Origin: an uncultured Candidatus Rokubacteria bacterium | Lineage (GTDB): Bacteria > Methylomirabilota > Methylomirabilia > Rokubacteriales > CSP1-6 | Direction of reading: 5' to 3' | Length of the DNA: 64,000 nt | Assembly (NCBI GenBank): GCA_963747235.1 | Contig: CAVVEU010000029.1 | Location: 160,001-224,000 of the forward strand | Part shown: piece by piece, positions 10,078-28,371 of the stretch | How positions within the stretch are numbered: position 1 is the first letter of the stretch | How the letters are laid out: every line of letters begins with the position of its first letter | Position numbers and translations under genes: made by a program | Notes under the pieces: generated by a model | Databases searched by the model: none | Seen by the model: only the letters and a program-made list of their open reading frames with translations | Told to the model about the DNA's origin: nothing

Positions 10078-11281
10078 TGCTAGCGCGCTCGGCCGCGAGC
10101 TCCTTGCGGAGCGCGTCGGCCAGCCGGGCGAACTGCTCGGCGCGATTGTAGAGCTGGGCGGAGATGCGGACGTGCCGCCGCGGCGGCGCGGGCCAGCGGA
10201 AGATCGGCACCTCGATGCCGTGGCCGCCGAAGAGCCGCGCCTGGAGCGGCTCGGGCACCCGCCACCCGGTCTCGGCCGTCACGCTGTCCGGCAGGAGCAC
10301 GCTCGCGAGCGTGCCGATCATCTCGTCCGGACAGGCCGGCTCCGTCCCGACCGCGGCGCAGAGCAGCGCGCCGCGCCTCGAGGGCGAGCGCGCGGTTGCG
10401 CGCCATCAGGGCGGGCCAGCCGCCCGGCACCAGCCCGCCCAGGTACTCGATCGCCTTCGGCACGGTCAGCCACGCGGTCGGGTCCTGGGTGCCGGTCCAG
10501 TCGAACTCGAGCCGGAAGCGCGTCCGGCCGGGCCGCTCGCCCGTCGCGCCGTGGCTGATCGTCAGCGGGTGGATGTGGGCTGGCAATCGCGCCGCACCCA
10601 GAGGAAGGCCGAGCCCTTCGGCGTGCACAGCCACTTGTGGCAGTTGGCGCTGTAGTAGGCGGCGCCGAGCGCGCGGAGATCGAGCGGGACCATCCCCGGC
10701 GCGTGCGCGCCGTCCACCAGCGTCTCCACGCCGCGCCCCCGGAGCTCGGCGACCAGGCGCTCGATGGGCAGGATGAGGCCGGTGGCGCTCGTGATGTGGT
10801 CCAGCAGGGCCAGGCGCGTGCGCGACGTCACCTTCGCCAGCACCGCGCTCACGACCGCCTCCGGGGACGCGACCGGGAACGGGATCGTGGCCACCACGAC
10901 GCGCGCGCCGGTGCGGCGCGCGACGTAGTCGAGCGTGTTCTTGCAGGCGGCGTAGGCGTGATCGGTGGTGAGCAGCTCGTCGCCGGACGCGAGCTCGAGC
11001 GAGCGCAGCACCGCGTTGACCCCGCTGGTGGCGTTGCCGATGAACGCGAGGTCGTCGGGGTCGGCGCCCACGAAGGCGCCGAGGGCGGCCCGCGCGGCGT
11101 CGAGGCGGCCGTCCAGCTCGCGCCCCAGGAAGCGCACCGGCTCGGCCTCGAGCTCGGCCCGGAGCGCCGACTGGTGCGCGAGGATCTCGGTCGGGCAGGC
11201 GCCGTAGGAGCCGTGGTTCAGGAACGCCACGGTGGGATCGAGCGGCCACAGGGCCGCCCACTGGCTCTCGTTCATCGGCAT
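10049..11281 (-). CDS. Aminotransferase class V, isopenicillin-N epimerase/EgtE-like C-S lyase (frameshifts; 3' end 10049 or 10080)
   Basis: [62 protein letters not shown]. Confidence 0.87.
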
Positions 11282-11283
11282 GC

Positions 11284-12835
11284 TCAGAACCCCGGAGGCG
11301 GCCGGAAGCCACCGATCACGTCGGCGAGCCGGGCGGCCAGGTCGATGGGTGTCGCGTCCTCGAGATACGGGCCCACGATCTGGATGCCCACCGGCAGCCC
11401 GCCGGGCGTGAAGCCGACCGGCGCGGTCGTCGCGGGCAGGCCGGCCAGCAACGCGAAGGAGGTCCAGAAGCAGAGATCGAGATAGGGCCGGTCACCCCGC
11501 GGCGTGGCGAGGACGCGCATGAGCGGCGTGCCGGCCTGGTCGTGCGGAAACGCGGCCACCAGCGCGGTCGGCATCAGGAACGCGTCGTACGTGCGGAAGT
11601 AGGCCTGCCAGACGCCGCGCGCGACCCGGCGCCGGGTCTCCACGGTCTGCATGTGCGCGTCGGACGCGGTGACCGCGCGGGCGTAGCGCGCGAGATACGA
11701 GGTGTCCTGGCCGGCCGCGAGCTGCCGGAAGCCGGCGAGCTGCTCCTCGCGCACCGGCGGCGTGAATCGCGCGATGAGCAGCGTGTAGTAGGCGTCGAAC
11801 TGCTCCTCCGGGTTCACGCCCGGCGGCCAGCCCTCGGCGAGCTGGGCGCCGGCCGCGGCGCAGCGCCTCGATCGCGGCGGCGAGCGCGTCGCCCACCTCC
11901 GGCGCGACCGGGGCGCGCGGATCGTCGAGGACGTAGCCGATGCGATAGTCGGCGAGCCGGGTGCCGCGCGCGGGCGGCAAGGACCACCGCCACGCCCGCG
12001 CCTCGTCGCCGTCGGGCCCGCCCAGCACCTCGAGCGCCGCGCGCAGGTCGGCGGCGGAGCGCGCGAGCGGGCCGGCCACCGGCAGCGTCGAGGGCGGCGC
12101 TCGCCGAGATGCCGGGCGGCGGCGGGATGTGGCCGCGCATCGGCACCACGTCGAGCGAGGGCTTGTGGCCGTAGACCCCGCAGAAGTGCGCCGGGATGCG
12201 GATCGAGCCGGCGAGGTCGCTCCCCGGCTCGAGATACGTGAGCCCCGCCGCGAGCGCGGCCGCGCCGCCGCCCGTCGAGCCGCCGGGCGTGCGCGTGACG
12301 TCCCAGGGGTTGTTGGTCTGACCGTAGACCGCGTTGTAGCTCTGCCAGTCGGCGGCGAACAGCGGGACGTTCGTCTTGCCCAGGACGATCATGCCCGCGG
12401 CCCGGAGCCGCGCCACCACCGCCGCGTCGCGGGCGGGCACGTGGCTCCGCAGCGCGGGCGAGCCGGCGGTGGTCGTGACGCCGGCCACCTCGAAGGTGTC
12501 CTTGATCGTGCACGGCACGCCGTGGAACGGGCCCCACCAGTCGCGGCGGGCCCGCGCCTCGTCGGCGGCGCGCGCCCGATCCACCGCGTCCGGCGCCAGC
12601 GCGACGATCGCGTTGAGCTTGCCGTTGTGCTGCTGGATCCGGTCCAGGATCCGGGTCGTGAGCTCGACCGAGGACACCTGCCCGCTCCGGATCGCCCGGC
12701 CCGCGTCCAGCGCCGAGGCGAAGTCGAGGTCGCTGGCCCCTGCGCGCGCAGCGCGCAACGGGGCCAGCGCACTGGCCGTAACGGCCAGCCCTGCCCGCCA
12801 AGAAACCCCCGGCGCGTCAGATCCCGCGCGCTCAC
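11284..12835 (-). CDS. Amidase-signature enzyme with probable Tat signal (frameshifts)
   Basis: N-terminal [10 protein letters not shown]; [52 protein letters not shown]. Confidence 0.87.
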
Positions 12836-13983
12836 GGCGCCTCGTCGCCCGGCGTGGGCATCGTCCGTCCGGTGGACGCCCGCGCCGGGAACCGCGCGAG
12901 CGCCGCCTCGTCCAGCTCGATGCCGAGCCCCGGTCGCGTGGGCACCGCGATATACCCCGCCTTCACCTCGAACCCGGGCGTGGCGATCTCGCGGCCGCGC
13001 GCCTCGAAGTTCACGAAATACTCGGTGATGAGGAAGTTGGGGATCGCGGCGGAGACGTGCAGCGTCGCGGCCAGGCCCACCGTGGTGCTGTTGTAGTTGT
13101 GGGGCGAGACCGTGACCAGCGAGGGCTCGGCCATCTGGGCGATGGCGCGCAGCTCCAGGATCCCGCCGCAGTTGCACACGTCGGGGTTGACGATGTCGGC
13201 CGCGCGCAGCTCGAAGGCGCGCCGGAACTCGGCGCGGGTGTAGAGCTCCTCGCCGGTGACGATCGGGATCGCGATCTGCCGGCGGCATTCCGCGAGCGCC
13301 TCCAGGTTCGTGGAGGACACCGGCTCCTCGTACCAGAAGGGCCGGAAGCGCTCCATCTCGCGCGCGATCCGCACCGCGTGCATGGGGGCCAGGCGCCGGT
13401 GCACCTCGATCAGCAGGTCCACCTCGGCGCCCACCGCCTCGCGCACCGCGGCCACGTTGGCCACCGCCTGCTCCTCCGCCGCGCGGCTGATGTGGGTGCG
13501 CCAGGGGCCGGGGAACGGATCGAACTTCAGCGCGTTGAAGCCGCGGCCCACCGTGTCGCGCGCCCGCGCCGCGTACTCCACCGGCGTCTTCGCGCCGCCG
13601 TACCAGCCGTTGGCGTAGACCCGCACGCGATCGCGACAGGGCCCGCCCAGCAGCTCGTACACCGGGACGCCGTGGCGCTTGCCCGCGATGTCCCAGAGCG
13701 CCTGCTCGAGCCCGCTCACCGCGCTCCAGAAATCCATCGCGCCGCGCTTGGCCGCGAAGTCGTGGTAGGCCCAGTGCACGAAGTGGGTGATGTGCGACGC
13801 GTCGCGACCGACCAGGTACCGCCCGATCGCCTCCACGAGCGCCACGATGCTGGTGTCGCGGTCGGCCTGCGTGTAGCACTCGCCCCAGCCGTGCGGGCCG
13901 CCGTCGGTCTCGACCTTGACGAAGCAGAGGTTCTTGCCGCCGCCGAGATCGGCCAGGAATGGGGTGACGCGGCTCACGCGCAT
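12832..13983 (-). CDS. Enolase superfamily, mandelate racemase subgroup; galactonate dehydratase-like
   Basis: GWGEC, EQALWDIAGK, LLGGPCRDRVRVYANGW, KFDPF, EVH, YEEP, TGEE, SPHN. Confidence 0.88.
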   Translation of the reverse strand: MRVSRVTPFLADLGGGKNLCFVKVETDGGPHGWGECYTQADRDTSIVALVEAIGRYLVGRDASHITHFVHWAYHDFAAKRGAMDFWSAVSGLEQALWDIAGKRHGVPVYELLGGPCRDRVRVYANGWYGGAKTPVEYAARARDTVGRGFNALKFDPFPGPWRTHISRAAEEQAVANVAAVREAVGAEVDLLIEVHRRLAPMHAVRIAREMERFRPFWYEEPVSSTNLEALAECRRQIAIPIVTGEELYTRAEFRRAFELRAADIVNPDVCNCGGILELRAIAQMAEPSLVTVSPHNYNSTTVGLAATLHVSAAIPNFLITEYFVNFEARGREIATPGFEVKAGYIAVPTRPGLGIELDEAALARFPARASTGRTMPTPGDEAP

Positions 13984-14002
13984 GATCGTCGCTCCGGCCG
14001 CG

Positions 14003-14044
14003 ATCGTATCAGAATCGAGCGGACCGGAGCGAGCGTGATACGAT
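14003..14044. promoter_or_regulatory. Back-to-back extended -10-like elements TGATACGAT (14003-14011 on -, 14036-14044 on +)
   Basis: Perfect 9-bp inverted repeat; each copy is TGnTAnnAT pointing at one of the two divergent genes. Confidence 0.55.
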
Positions 14045-14068
14045 TCCTCTCCGGTCCTCGACCGCCTC

Positions 14069-15335
14069 ATGCACGCCCTGACAGAGACGTCACGGCGCGG
14101 CTCGGTCCGCGCCAAGCTGATGGCCACGCTGTTCGTGGCCCAGGTCTGCGGCAGCACCGGCCACGCCGATCGGCATGGCGGTCGGCAGCATCATGGCGGC
14201 CAGCATCACCGGCACCAATACCTGGTCGGGCGTGCCGATCGCGGTGGGCGCGCTCGGCACCGCGCTGGCGAGCTGGCCGCTGGCCCGCCTGATGGCGCGC
14301 TCGGGCCGCCGCCCGGGGCTGGCGCTCGGCTACGGGCTCGCGATGATCGGCGCGGTGCTCGGCCTGCTGGGCGTGGCCGGCGGCAGCTTCACGCTGATGC
14401 TGATCGGCATGGCGCTCTTCGGCATCGCGAGCACGTCCAACCTGCTCGCCCGCTACGCGGCCGCCGACGTGAGCCCGCCCGCCCAGCGCGGCCGCGCGAT
14501 GGGCCTGATCGTCTGGGGCTCCACGGTGGGCTCGATCATCGGCCCCAACCTGATGGCCCCGGCGCTCTCGCCTCGGCGCGCGGCTCGCCGTCCCGGCGAC
14601 CGCGAGCGCGTTCCTGGTCAGCGTGGTCGGCTACGCCATCGCCGCGCTCCTGACCTTCTGCTTCCTGCGGCCGGATCCGCTCGCCATCGCCCGCCAGGAC
14701 CAGGCCACCGCCGACGCGGGCCGGCCCGCCGGCGTCGCGCGCGCGCTCGGCGCGATCCTCGCGGACGTGCGCGTGCAGATCGCGCTCGCCACCCTGTCGG
14801 TCAGCCAGTTCGTGATGATCAGCACCACCTCCATCTCGCCGCTCTACCTCCACGACCAGGGCCACGCGGTCGGGACCATCGGCGTCGCGGTCTCGCTCCA
14901 CCTGGCCGGCATGTACGTGGCCTCGCCGCTCTCGGGCTGGCTCGCGGATCGCTTCGGCCGGCTGCCCGTGATCGCCGCGGGCGCGCTCCTGCTGATCTTC
15001 GCGGTGGGCCTGGCCGGGATCGCGCCGGGCACCGAGGCGGTGCCGGTCATCCTCGCGCTCTTCCTGAACGGCGTCGGCTGGAACCTCGCGTTCGTGGCCG
15101 GGCAGCGCGCTGCTCACCGACGCGCTCGCTCCGGCGGAGCGGGCGTCGGTGCAGGGCTTCGCCGACCTGCTCATGGGCCTGATGGGCGCGATCGGCGCGG
15201 CGGCGGGCGGGATGATCCTGGGGCTCTGGGGCTTCGCGATCCTGAACGCGGTGGGCGCGGTGCTGGTGCTGGGCCCGCTCGCGGTCACCTGGCTGCGCCG
15301 GCCCGCGCTCGCCTCCGCTCTCGAGCCGGAGCTGA
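14069..15335 (+). CDS. MFS transporter (YdeE/RfnT-like; several frameshifts)
   Basis: LMARSGRRPGL, ARYAAAD, SQFVMI, SLHLAGMY, GWLADRFGR, GVGWN, VQGFADL; TGATG junction at 15333-15337. Confidence 0.8.
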
Positions 15336-16528
15336 TGCTCCGGCTGCTCCCCGACCTCCGCTACCTGGGCGCCGGCACGCTGCTCAACTCGGTCGGCATG
15401 ATGGGCGAGATCGTCGTGCTCGGCTGGCTCGCGCTCGAGCTGACCGACTCGCCCTTCCTGGTCGGCGCCGCGATGGGCGCGCGCGCCCTGCCGCTCTTCT
15501 TCGTGGGCGTGCCCGCCGGCGTGATCGCGGACCGCCTGCCGCGCCAGCGCCTGCTCATCGCCACCGGCGCGGGCCAGGCGCTGACCGCCGCCCTCATGGG
15601 CGTGCTCGCGCTGACCGGCGCGGTGAGCCTCGCCCAGCTCGTCCTGCTCACGTTCGTGGGCGGCATCCTGCGCGGCCTCGAGCACGCGGCGCGCCAGAGC
15701 TACGCGCATGATGTCGTCGGCGCCGCCGGGCTCGTGAGCGGCCTCGCCATCCTGGGCGTGGCCATGCGCGCGGGCTGGCTGGTGGGCTCGCTCGGCGCGG
15801 GCGCCATCATCGCGCGCTACGGCTCGGGCCACGCCTATCTCTTCGTCGCCGCCGCCTACCTGGCCGGCGGCCTCGCGATGCTCCCGGCCCGCGCGCTGGC
15901 GCCGGCCTCGCCGTCGGCGCCCGATTCGATGTGGCAGGGCATCACCAGCTTCGTCAACGCGGTGAACCGCGATCGCATGCTGCTGGTCCTGATGATGCTC
16001 ACCGCGGGCGCCGAGGTGCTGGGCTTCGCGCACCAGGCGCTGCTGCCGAGCCTCGCCCGCGACGTCCTCCACACCGGCCCCGAGGGCCTGGGCGTGCTCA
16101 ACGCGGCGCGCTCGGTCGGCGGCATCCTGGCCCTGCTCGCCTCCCTGCGCGGCTTCACCGCGGGCAGCGGCGCGCTCTTCGTGGCGGTGCTGGTGTCCTT
16201 CGGCGGGAGCCTGATCGCGCTCGGGGTGGCGCCCTACGTGGTCGGCTTCGCCGGCGTGGCGCTGCTGGTGCTCCTCGCCAACGCGGCGGGCGCCCTGGCC
16301 GATCTGCTCGCGCAGAGCCTGCTCCAGCTCCGCGTCCCCGCGCACCTGCGCGGGCGCGCCGGCGGCGCCTGGGTGGTGGCCATCGGCCTGGCCCCGCTCG
16401 GCCAGATCCAGATCGGCGCGCTCGCCTCGCTCTTCGGGGTCAGCGCGGCGCTGGGCGCGAGCGGCCTCGGCCTCGTCGCGCTCGCGGGCGCCACCGCGCT
16501 GCTCTACCCGCGCCTGCGCGCGCTCTAG
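15335..16528 (+). CDS. MFS transporter
   Basis: GWLALELTDSPFLVG, GVIADRLPRQR, VPAHLRGRAGG; hydrophobic throughout. Confidence 0.85.
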   Translation: MLRLLPDLRYLGAGTLLNSVGMMGEIVVLGWLALELTDSPFLVGAAMGARALPLFFVGVPAGVIADRLPRQRLLIATGAGQALTAALMGVLALTGAVSLAQLVLLTFVGGILRGLEHAARQSYAHDVVGAAGLVSGLAILGVAMRAGWLVGSLGAGAIIARYGSGHAYLFVAAAYLAGGLAMLPARALAPASPSAPDSMWQGITSFVNAVNRDRMLLVLMMLTAGAEVLGFAHQALLPSLARDVLHTGPEGLGVLNAARSVGGILALLASLRGFTAGSGALFVAVLVSFGGSLIALGVAPYVVGFAGVALLVLLANAAGALADLLAQSLLQLRVPAHLRGRAGGAWVVAIGLAPLGQIQIGALASLFGVSAALGASGLGLVALAGATALLYPRLRAL

Positions 16529-18082
16529 ATCAGGCCGCGCACGCTCCAGGTCGGCACCGGCCGGGCCAGGCCCTTCAGGGTGAGCGCCGCCCAGGTTCTC
16601 CGCGTCGATCAGGCCCTCCACCGCCGCCGCGACCCGCGCCGAGATCAGGATCTGCCCGCCGCCGGCCTCGCCGCAGAGCCGCGCCGCGAGGTTCGTGACC
16701 GTCCCGATCGCGCCGTAGTCGAGGCGCCCCTCGAAGCCGATCGCCCCGATGGTGGCGTAGCCCTGGGCGATGCCCACCCCGAGGGCCAGATCCCAGCCGC
16801 GCTTGCGCCAGCGGGCGGCGAGCCCGGCGACTCACGTCGCGCATCGCGATGGCCATGCGGAGCGCGCGCGCGGCCGCGTCCGGGACCTCGACCGGATCGT
16901 TGAAGAAGATCATCATCCCGTCGCCGGTGAAGCGCTCGAGCGTGCCCTCGTGCTCCAGGATGAGCCGGCCCATCTCGGCGTGGTACTCGCGCAGCACGCC
17001 CATGAGCTCCTCGGGCTCGGCCGTCTCGGCGAAGGCGGTGAAGCCGCGCAGGTCCACGAACACGACGGTCGACCTCGCGCCGATGGGTCTTGAGCGGGAT
17101 CGTCGGCGCCGCCGGCCACGATGAGCTCCGCGAGCTGCGGGGAGAAGAAGCGCTTGAGCCGGCCCAGGCGCTCGAGCTGGGCCACCTGCTCGGCGACGCG
17201 CCGCTCCAGCGTCCGGTTCAGCTCCGCGAGCTCGCGGCGCTGGCGCGCCTCCCGATCGTGGAGGCGCTTCTTCTCCAGGCACGCGCCGATCCGGGCCTGG
17301 AGCAGCACCGGCTCGAACGGCTTGCCGAGATAGTCCTCGGCGCCGAGCTGGATGCACCGCACGACGCTGTCGAGCTCGTCCAGCGCCGAGATCATGAGGA
17401 CCGGGATGTCGCGCAGGGCGGGATCGGCCTTGAGCCGCTCCAGCACCGCGTAGCCGTCGAGGTCCGGCATCATGACGTCGAGGAGCACGAGATCCACCGG
17501 CGCCGCCGCCAGCGCGGCGAGCGCGGCGCGCCCGCCGGCCGCGGTCTGCACCTCGTAGCCCTGGCGCCGGAGCCGGCGGGCGAGCATGTCGCGGTTGTCC
17601 TCGTTGTCGTCCACGACCAGGATCACCGCGCGGGCCTGGGCCGGCTCCCCGCCGGCGGATTCCGCGCTCGCCCCCTGCCCCACGCCCGGCTGCGCCGACG
17701 GCGCGGCCCCGTGGCCCAGCAGCTCGTCGAGGCGCTCGGTGGCCGCGCGGATCCGATCCAGGTCGGCCAGCCGCGCGCCGGCGCCGGCCTCCGCGGCCTG
17801 CCGTCGCAACGCTTCGCCGGCCGCGCGGATGCGCTCGAGCGGCGGGCCGAGCGTGCCGCGCGCGGCCGCGAGATCGGGCGGGCTCGCCTGGCCGCGCGCC
17901 AGGACCTCGTTCAGCAAGGTGAGCAGCTGGCGCGCGTCGGCGCGGAGCGCGGAGAGCCCCACGGCCAGATCGGGCTTGTCGTCGGCCTCCAGCTCCTCCA
18001 GGAGCAGCTCGGTGTAGCCGATGATGTGATTCAGCGGCGTGCGCAGCTCGTGACGAAGCTGCGCGGCGGGATCGATGCTCAC
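16525..18082 (-). CDS. HisKA-like helical domain + REC + class III adenylate/guanylate cyclase (frameshifts ~17095, ~16835, ~16590)
   Basis: [14 protein letters not shown]; VVDDNEDNRD..LLDVMMPDLDG..YLGKPF; VVFVDLRGFT, FTGDGMM, DYGAIGTVTNLAARLC, LKG. Confidence 0.88.
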
Positions 18083-18455
18083 GCGCCGGCCGCCCGACCG
18101 AGCTGCGCCTCGATCTTCTCGAGCAGCCGGGCGAGATCCACCGGCTTGGTGTCGAAGTCGTCGCACCCCGCCGCGACCGCCTTCTCGCGGTCGCCGGACA
18201 TGGCGTGCGCGGTGAGCGCGATCACCGGGATGCCCCGCGTCTCGGGCGCGGCCTTGATCCGGCGGGTCGCCTCCCAGCCGTCCAGGCCGGGCAGGCTCAT
18301 GTCCATCAGGATCAGCGCGGGCGCCTCCGACCGCGCCATCGCCACGCCCTGCTCGCCGTCCACCGCGATGGCGACCTCGTAGCCGCGCCGGGCGAGGCGG
18401 CGCGACAGCATGTCGCGGTTCATCTCGTTGTCCTCGACGAGCAGGATCTTGGCCA

Positions 18456-18456
<1 letters not shown>
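18079..18456 (-). CDS. Single-domain response regulator (DivK/CheY-like)
   Basis: MAKILLVEDNEMNRDML, ILMDMSLPGLDG, ALTAHAM, FDTKP. Confidence 0.92.
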
Positions 18457-25485
<7,029 letters not shown>

Positions 25486-25522
25486 CACTCGACCCCGAGG
25501 GAGGGCAGATTGGAGCCGGCAC

Positions 25523-25531
25523 ACTCTAGCA
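25523..25531 (-). promoter_or_regulatory. Extended -10-like TGCTAGAGT upstream of the kinase operon
   Basis: TGnTAnnnT, 37 nt upstream of ATG 25485. Confidence 0.5.
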
Positions 25532-25534
25532 CAG

Positions 25535-26603
25535 CTACCCGCGCGCCTTCTTCGCCCGCACCCCCGCCTCGCGCGCGTAGAGGCGCAGGACCGCGACCGC
25601 GAGGGCCATGATCACCGGCCCCGCGATCAGGCCGATCAGGCCCATCACCTCCAGGCCGCCGAAGAGCGCCAGGAAGGTCAGGATGATGGGCATCTCCTCG
25701 TCGCCCACGAGGCGCGGCCGGATCACGTAGTCGCTGAAGCCCACCACGACCAGCGCGCCCCACAGCAGCTCCACGACGCCCATGGCCGGGCTGCCGATCG
25801 CGAAGAGGTAGATCCCGGCCGGCACCCAGATCAGCAGCGTGCCCACCGCGGGCACCAGCGAGGCGATCGCGGTGGCCACCGCCAGGAAGAGCGGCGTCGG
25901 CACGCCGGTGATCCAGTAGCCCAGGCCGGCGAGGGCGCCCTGGGCGAGACCGGTGACGATCGTGCCGGACAGCGTCAGCCGCCCGACCCGCCGGAACTCC
26001 TCCAGCAGCGCGCGGGTGTACTCCGGGCGCAGCGGGGAGACGCCCTCGACCGTCGCGACGATGCGCGGCCAGTGGCGGAGGATCACGTGCATGGTGAGCA
26101 GCGCGAAGAAGAGGCCGAGCAGGGTCATGAAGGTGACCGAGGCCACCGTGCCCGCGGCGGAGGCCGACCCGGAGGCGATCTCGCCGACCGCGCTCCGGAG
26201 GCGCTCGGTCAGCGTCTCGGTGGAGAGGCCGAAGCGGCCGAGCCAGCCCGTCACCTCGTTGAGCCAGCCGAGCAGCGCGCCGCCCGGCTTGAGCCCCTCG
26301 CGGGCCGCGCCGATCAGCGCGACCGCCTGCGTCACGAACGACGACACGAAACCCACCACCGCGCCCACGATGACGAGCCCCGTCGCGAGCACGGTGGCGA
26401 CCGAGGCGAGCAGTGGACGCCGGCTCCAGCGCGCCAGGCGGTCGTACACCGGCTGGAGCGTGAACCCCATCAGCGCGCCCAGCAGGAGGCCGGTGGCGAA
26501 GAGATGCGAGAGCCACGCGATGACCAGCAGCGCGGCGACCGCGAGCCAGGCAAGGGCCCGCCCCGGCGTCCCGCGGCCCGGCTCGCTGGGCGGTGGCGGC
26601 CAC
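25535..26603 (-). CDS. AI-2E (PerM/YdiK) family transporter; start uncertain
   Basis: QPVYDRL, GLAQGALAGLGYW, SLVPAVGTLLIWVP, DYVIRPRLVG, GGLEVMGLIGLIAGP. Confidence 0.88.
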
Positions 26604-26605
26604 CG

Positions 26606-27907
26606 TCAGCGCATCAGGCTCGGAAGCCAGAGGGAGATGATGGGGAAGGCCACCAGGATGGCGAGCCGGATCACGTCGGCCCACATGAAGGGCATCACCC
26701 CGCGGAAGACGGTGCCGGTCGAGACGTGGGGCAGCAGGCTCTTCAGCACGAACATGTTCATGCCCACCGGCGGGCTGATGAGCCCGATCTCCACCACGCA
26801 GACGATGATGATGCCGAACCACACCGGATCGAGGCCCAGGTGCACGATCACCGGGAAGAACACCGGCATGGTCAGCAGCACCATGGACAGCTCCTCCATG
26901 GCGGTGCCCAGCACCACGTAGATCGCGCAGATGGCCGCCACCACCATCAACGGGCTCAGCCCGAGGCTGCGTGACGAGCGCCTTGAGGTCGGCGGGCATG
27001 CGTGGTGATGTTGACGAACTCCGCGAACATCAGCGCGCCGATCAGGATCATGAACAGCATCGCGGTGGTGCGCGCGGACTCGAGCAGCGCCGCGTAGAGC
27101 GTCCGCCAGGTGAGCGCCCGGCGCGCCACCGCGAAGGCGAGCGCGCCCATCGCCCCCATCCCCGCCCCCTCGGTGGCGGTGAAGAGGCCGCCGTAGATGC
27201 CGCCCATCACGAACACGAAGAGCACCGCGACCGCCCACACGTCCTTCAGCGCGCTGAATCGCTCGCGCCACGACGACCGCGGGCCGCGGCGGGCCCCAGT
27301 CCGGATGCCGCCACGTGGTGCACACGATGGCCCCGCAGAGCAGCACCGCGCCGAGGATGCCCGGCAGCACGCCCGCGGCGAAGAGCTTGCCGATATTGGT
27401 CTCGGTGAAGACGCCGTAGATGATCATGATCGTGGACGGCGGGATCATGATCCCGAGCGTGCCCGCGCCCGCCACGGTGCCGGCGGCGAGCTGGTCGTGG
27501 TAGCCGAAGCGCTTCATGGACGGGTACGCCACCTTGGCCATGGTGGCCGCGGTCGCGATGGAGGAGCCGCAGATGCCGCCGAAGCCCGCCGAGGCCCACA
27601 CGGTGGCCATCGCGAGCCCCCCGCGAAAGTGTCCGATGAACGTGTAGGCGGCGCGAAACAGCTCCTGCGACATGCCGGCGCGGGTGACGAGGCTGCCCAT
27701 CAGGATGAAGAGCGGCACCACCGAGAGGGTGTAGTTCCGGCCCGTCTCGTAGATCTTGGTCTGGGCGGTGGCGAAGGCCACCCACCAGTTCCAGTCGCGC
27801 ATGTAGGCGTAGCCGACGATGCCCACGATGCCCATCGCGTAGGCGATGGGGATGCGCAGGAAGGCCAGCACCATCATGAGGCCCAGGCCCACCAGCCCCT
27901 CGATCAC
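26606..27907 (-). CDS. dctM: TRAP transporter large permease (frameshifts ~27290, ~26990)
   Basis: VPLFILMG, GSSIATAATM, GTLGIMIPPS, GGLFTATEGA, EIGLISPPVGMN. Confidence 0.9.
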   Translation of the reverse strand: MIEGLVGLGLMMVLAFLRIPIAYAMGIVGIVGYAYMRDWNWWVAFATAQTKIYETGRNYTLSVVPLFILMGSLVTRAGMSQELFRAAYTFIGHFRGGLAMATVWASAGFGGICGSSIATAATMAKVAYPSMKRFGYHDQLAAGTVAGAGTLGIMIPPSTIMIIYGVFTETNIGKLFAAGVLPGILGAVLLCGAIVCTTWRHPDWGPPRPAVVVARAIQRAEGRVGGRGALRVRDGRHLRRPLHRHRGGGDGGDGRARLRGGAPGAHLADALRGAARVRAHHRDAVHDPDRRADVRGVRQHHHACPPTSRRSSRSLGLSPLMVVAAICAIYVVLGTAMEELSMVLLTMPVFFPVIVHLGLDPVWFGIIIVCVVEIGLISPPVGMNMFVLKSLLPHVSTGTVFRGVMPFMWADVIRLAILVAFPIISLWLPSLMR

Positions 27908-28371
27908 CGGCGGGCCGCCATCTTGTAGAGGTGGATCACCCCGGTGAGGCCGATGGCGATGGCCATGAAGTAGACGAACGGGCCGTAGACGATGCGCAGC
28001 ACGTCGGTGGCGTCCCGGTAGGCCCAGATGCGGTCGGCCTTCAGCCACACCAGCCAGGCGAGCAGGAACATGATGGCCGCGCAGAGGGCCTGCACGCCGC
28101 GCTCGAGCACCGCGGTGCCGCGGGGGCCCAGCAGCCGGTCGATGAAGTCCATGAGGGCGTGCTCGTCGGCGTACGTGACGAGCGGCAGGCCCGCGAAGAT
28201 CAGCACCAGCAGCAGGAGCTCGGTCACCTCGAAGGCCCCCGCGAGCGGCCGGTTGAACAGGTAGCGGGCGACCACGTCCACGAAGGTGAGGAGCATCATG
28301 ACCAGCAGGATGAGGGCGGCGGCGACGCCGAGGAGGCCCTCGACGCGCCGCCCCCACTCGGCGCGGATCAC
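27904..28371 (-). CDS. dctQ: TRAP transporter small permease
   Basis: TFVDVVARYLFNRPLAGAFEVTE, four TM segments, lies between dctP and dctM. Confidence 0.88.
   Translation of the reverse strand: MIRAEWGRRVEGLLGVAAALILLVMMLLTFVDVVARYLFNRPLAGAFEVTELLLLVLIFAGLPLVTYADEHALMDFIDRLLGPRGTAVLERGVQALCAAIMFLLAWLVWLKADRIWAYRDATDVLRIVYGPFVYFMAIAIGLTGVIHLYKMAARR

Noticed and set aside
10049-11281. Beta-lactam biosynthesis or resistance (CefD-like gene, plus the beta-lactamase-like gene at 34308)
   Set aside because: No ACV synthetase or IPNS is present, and both families are widespread with other functions.
15149-16528. Fused double MFS
   Set aside because: A TGATG stop/start overlap at 15333-15337 indicates two coupled genes joined by an indel.
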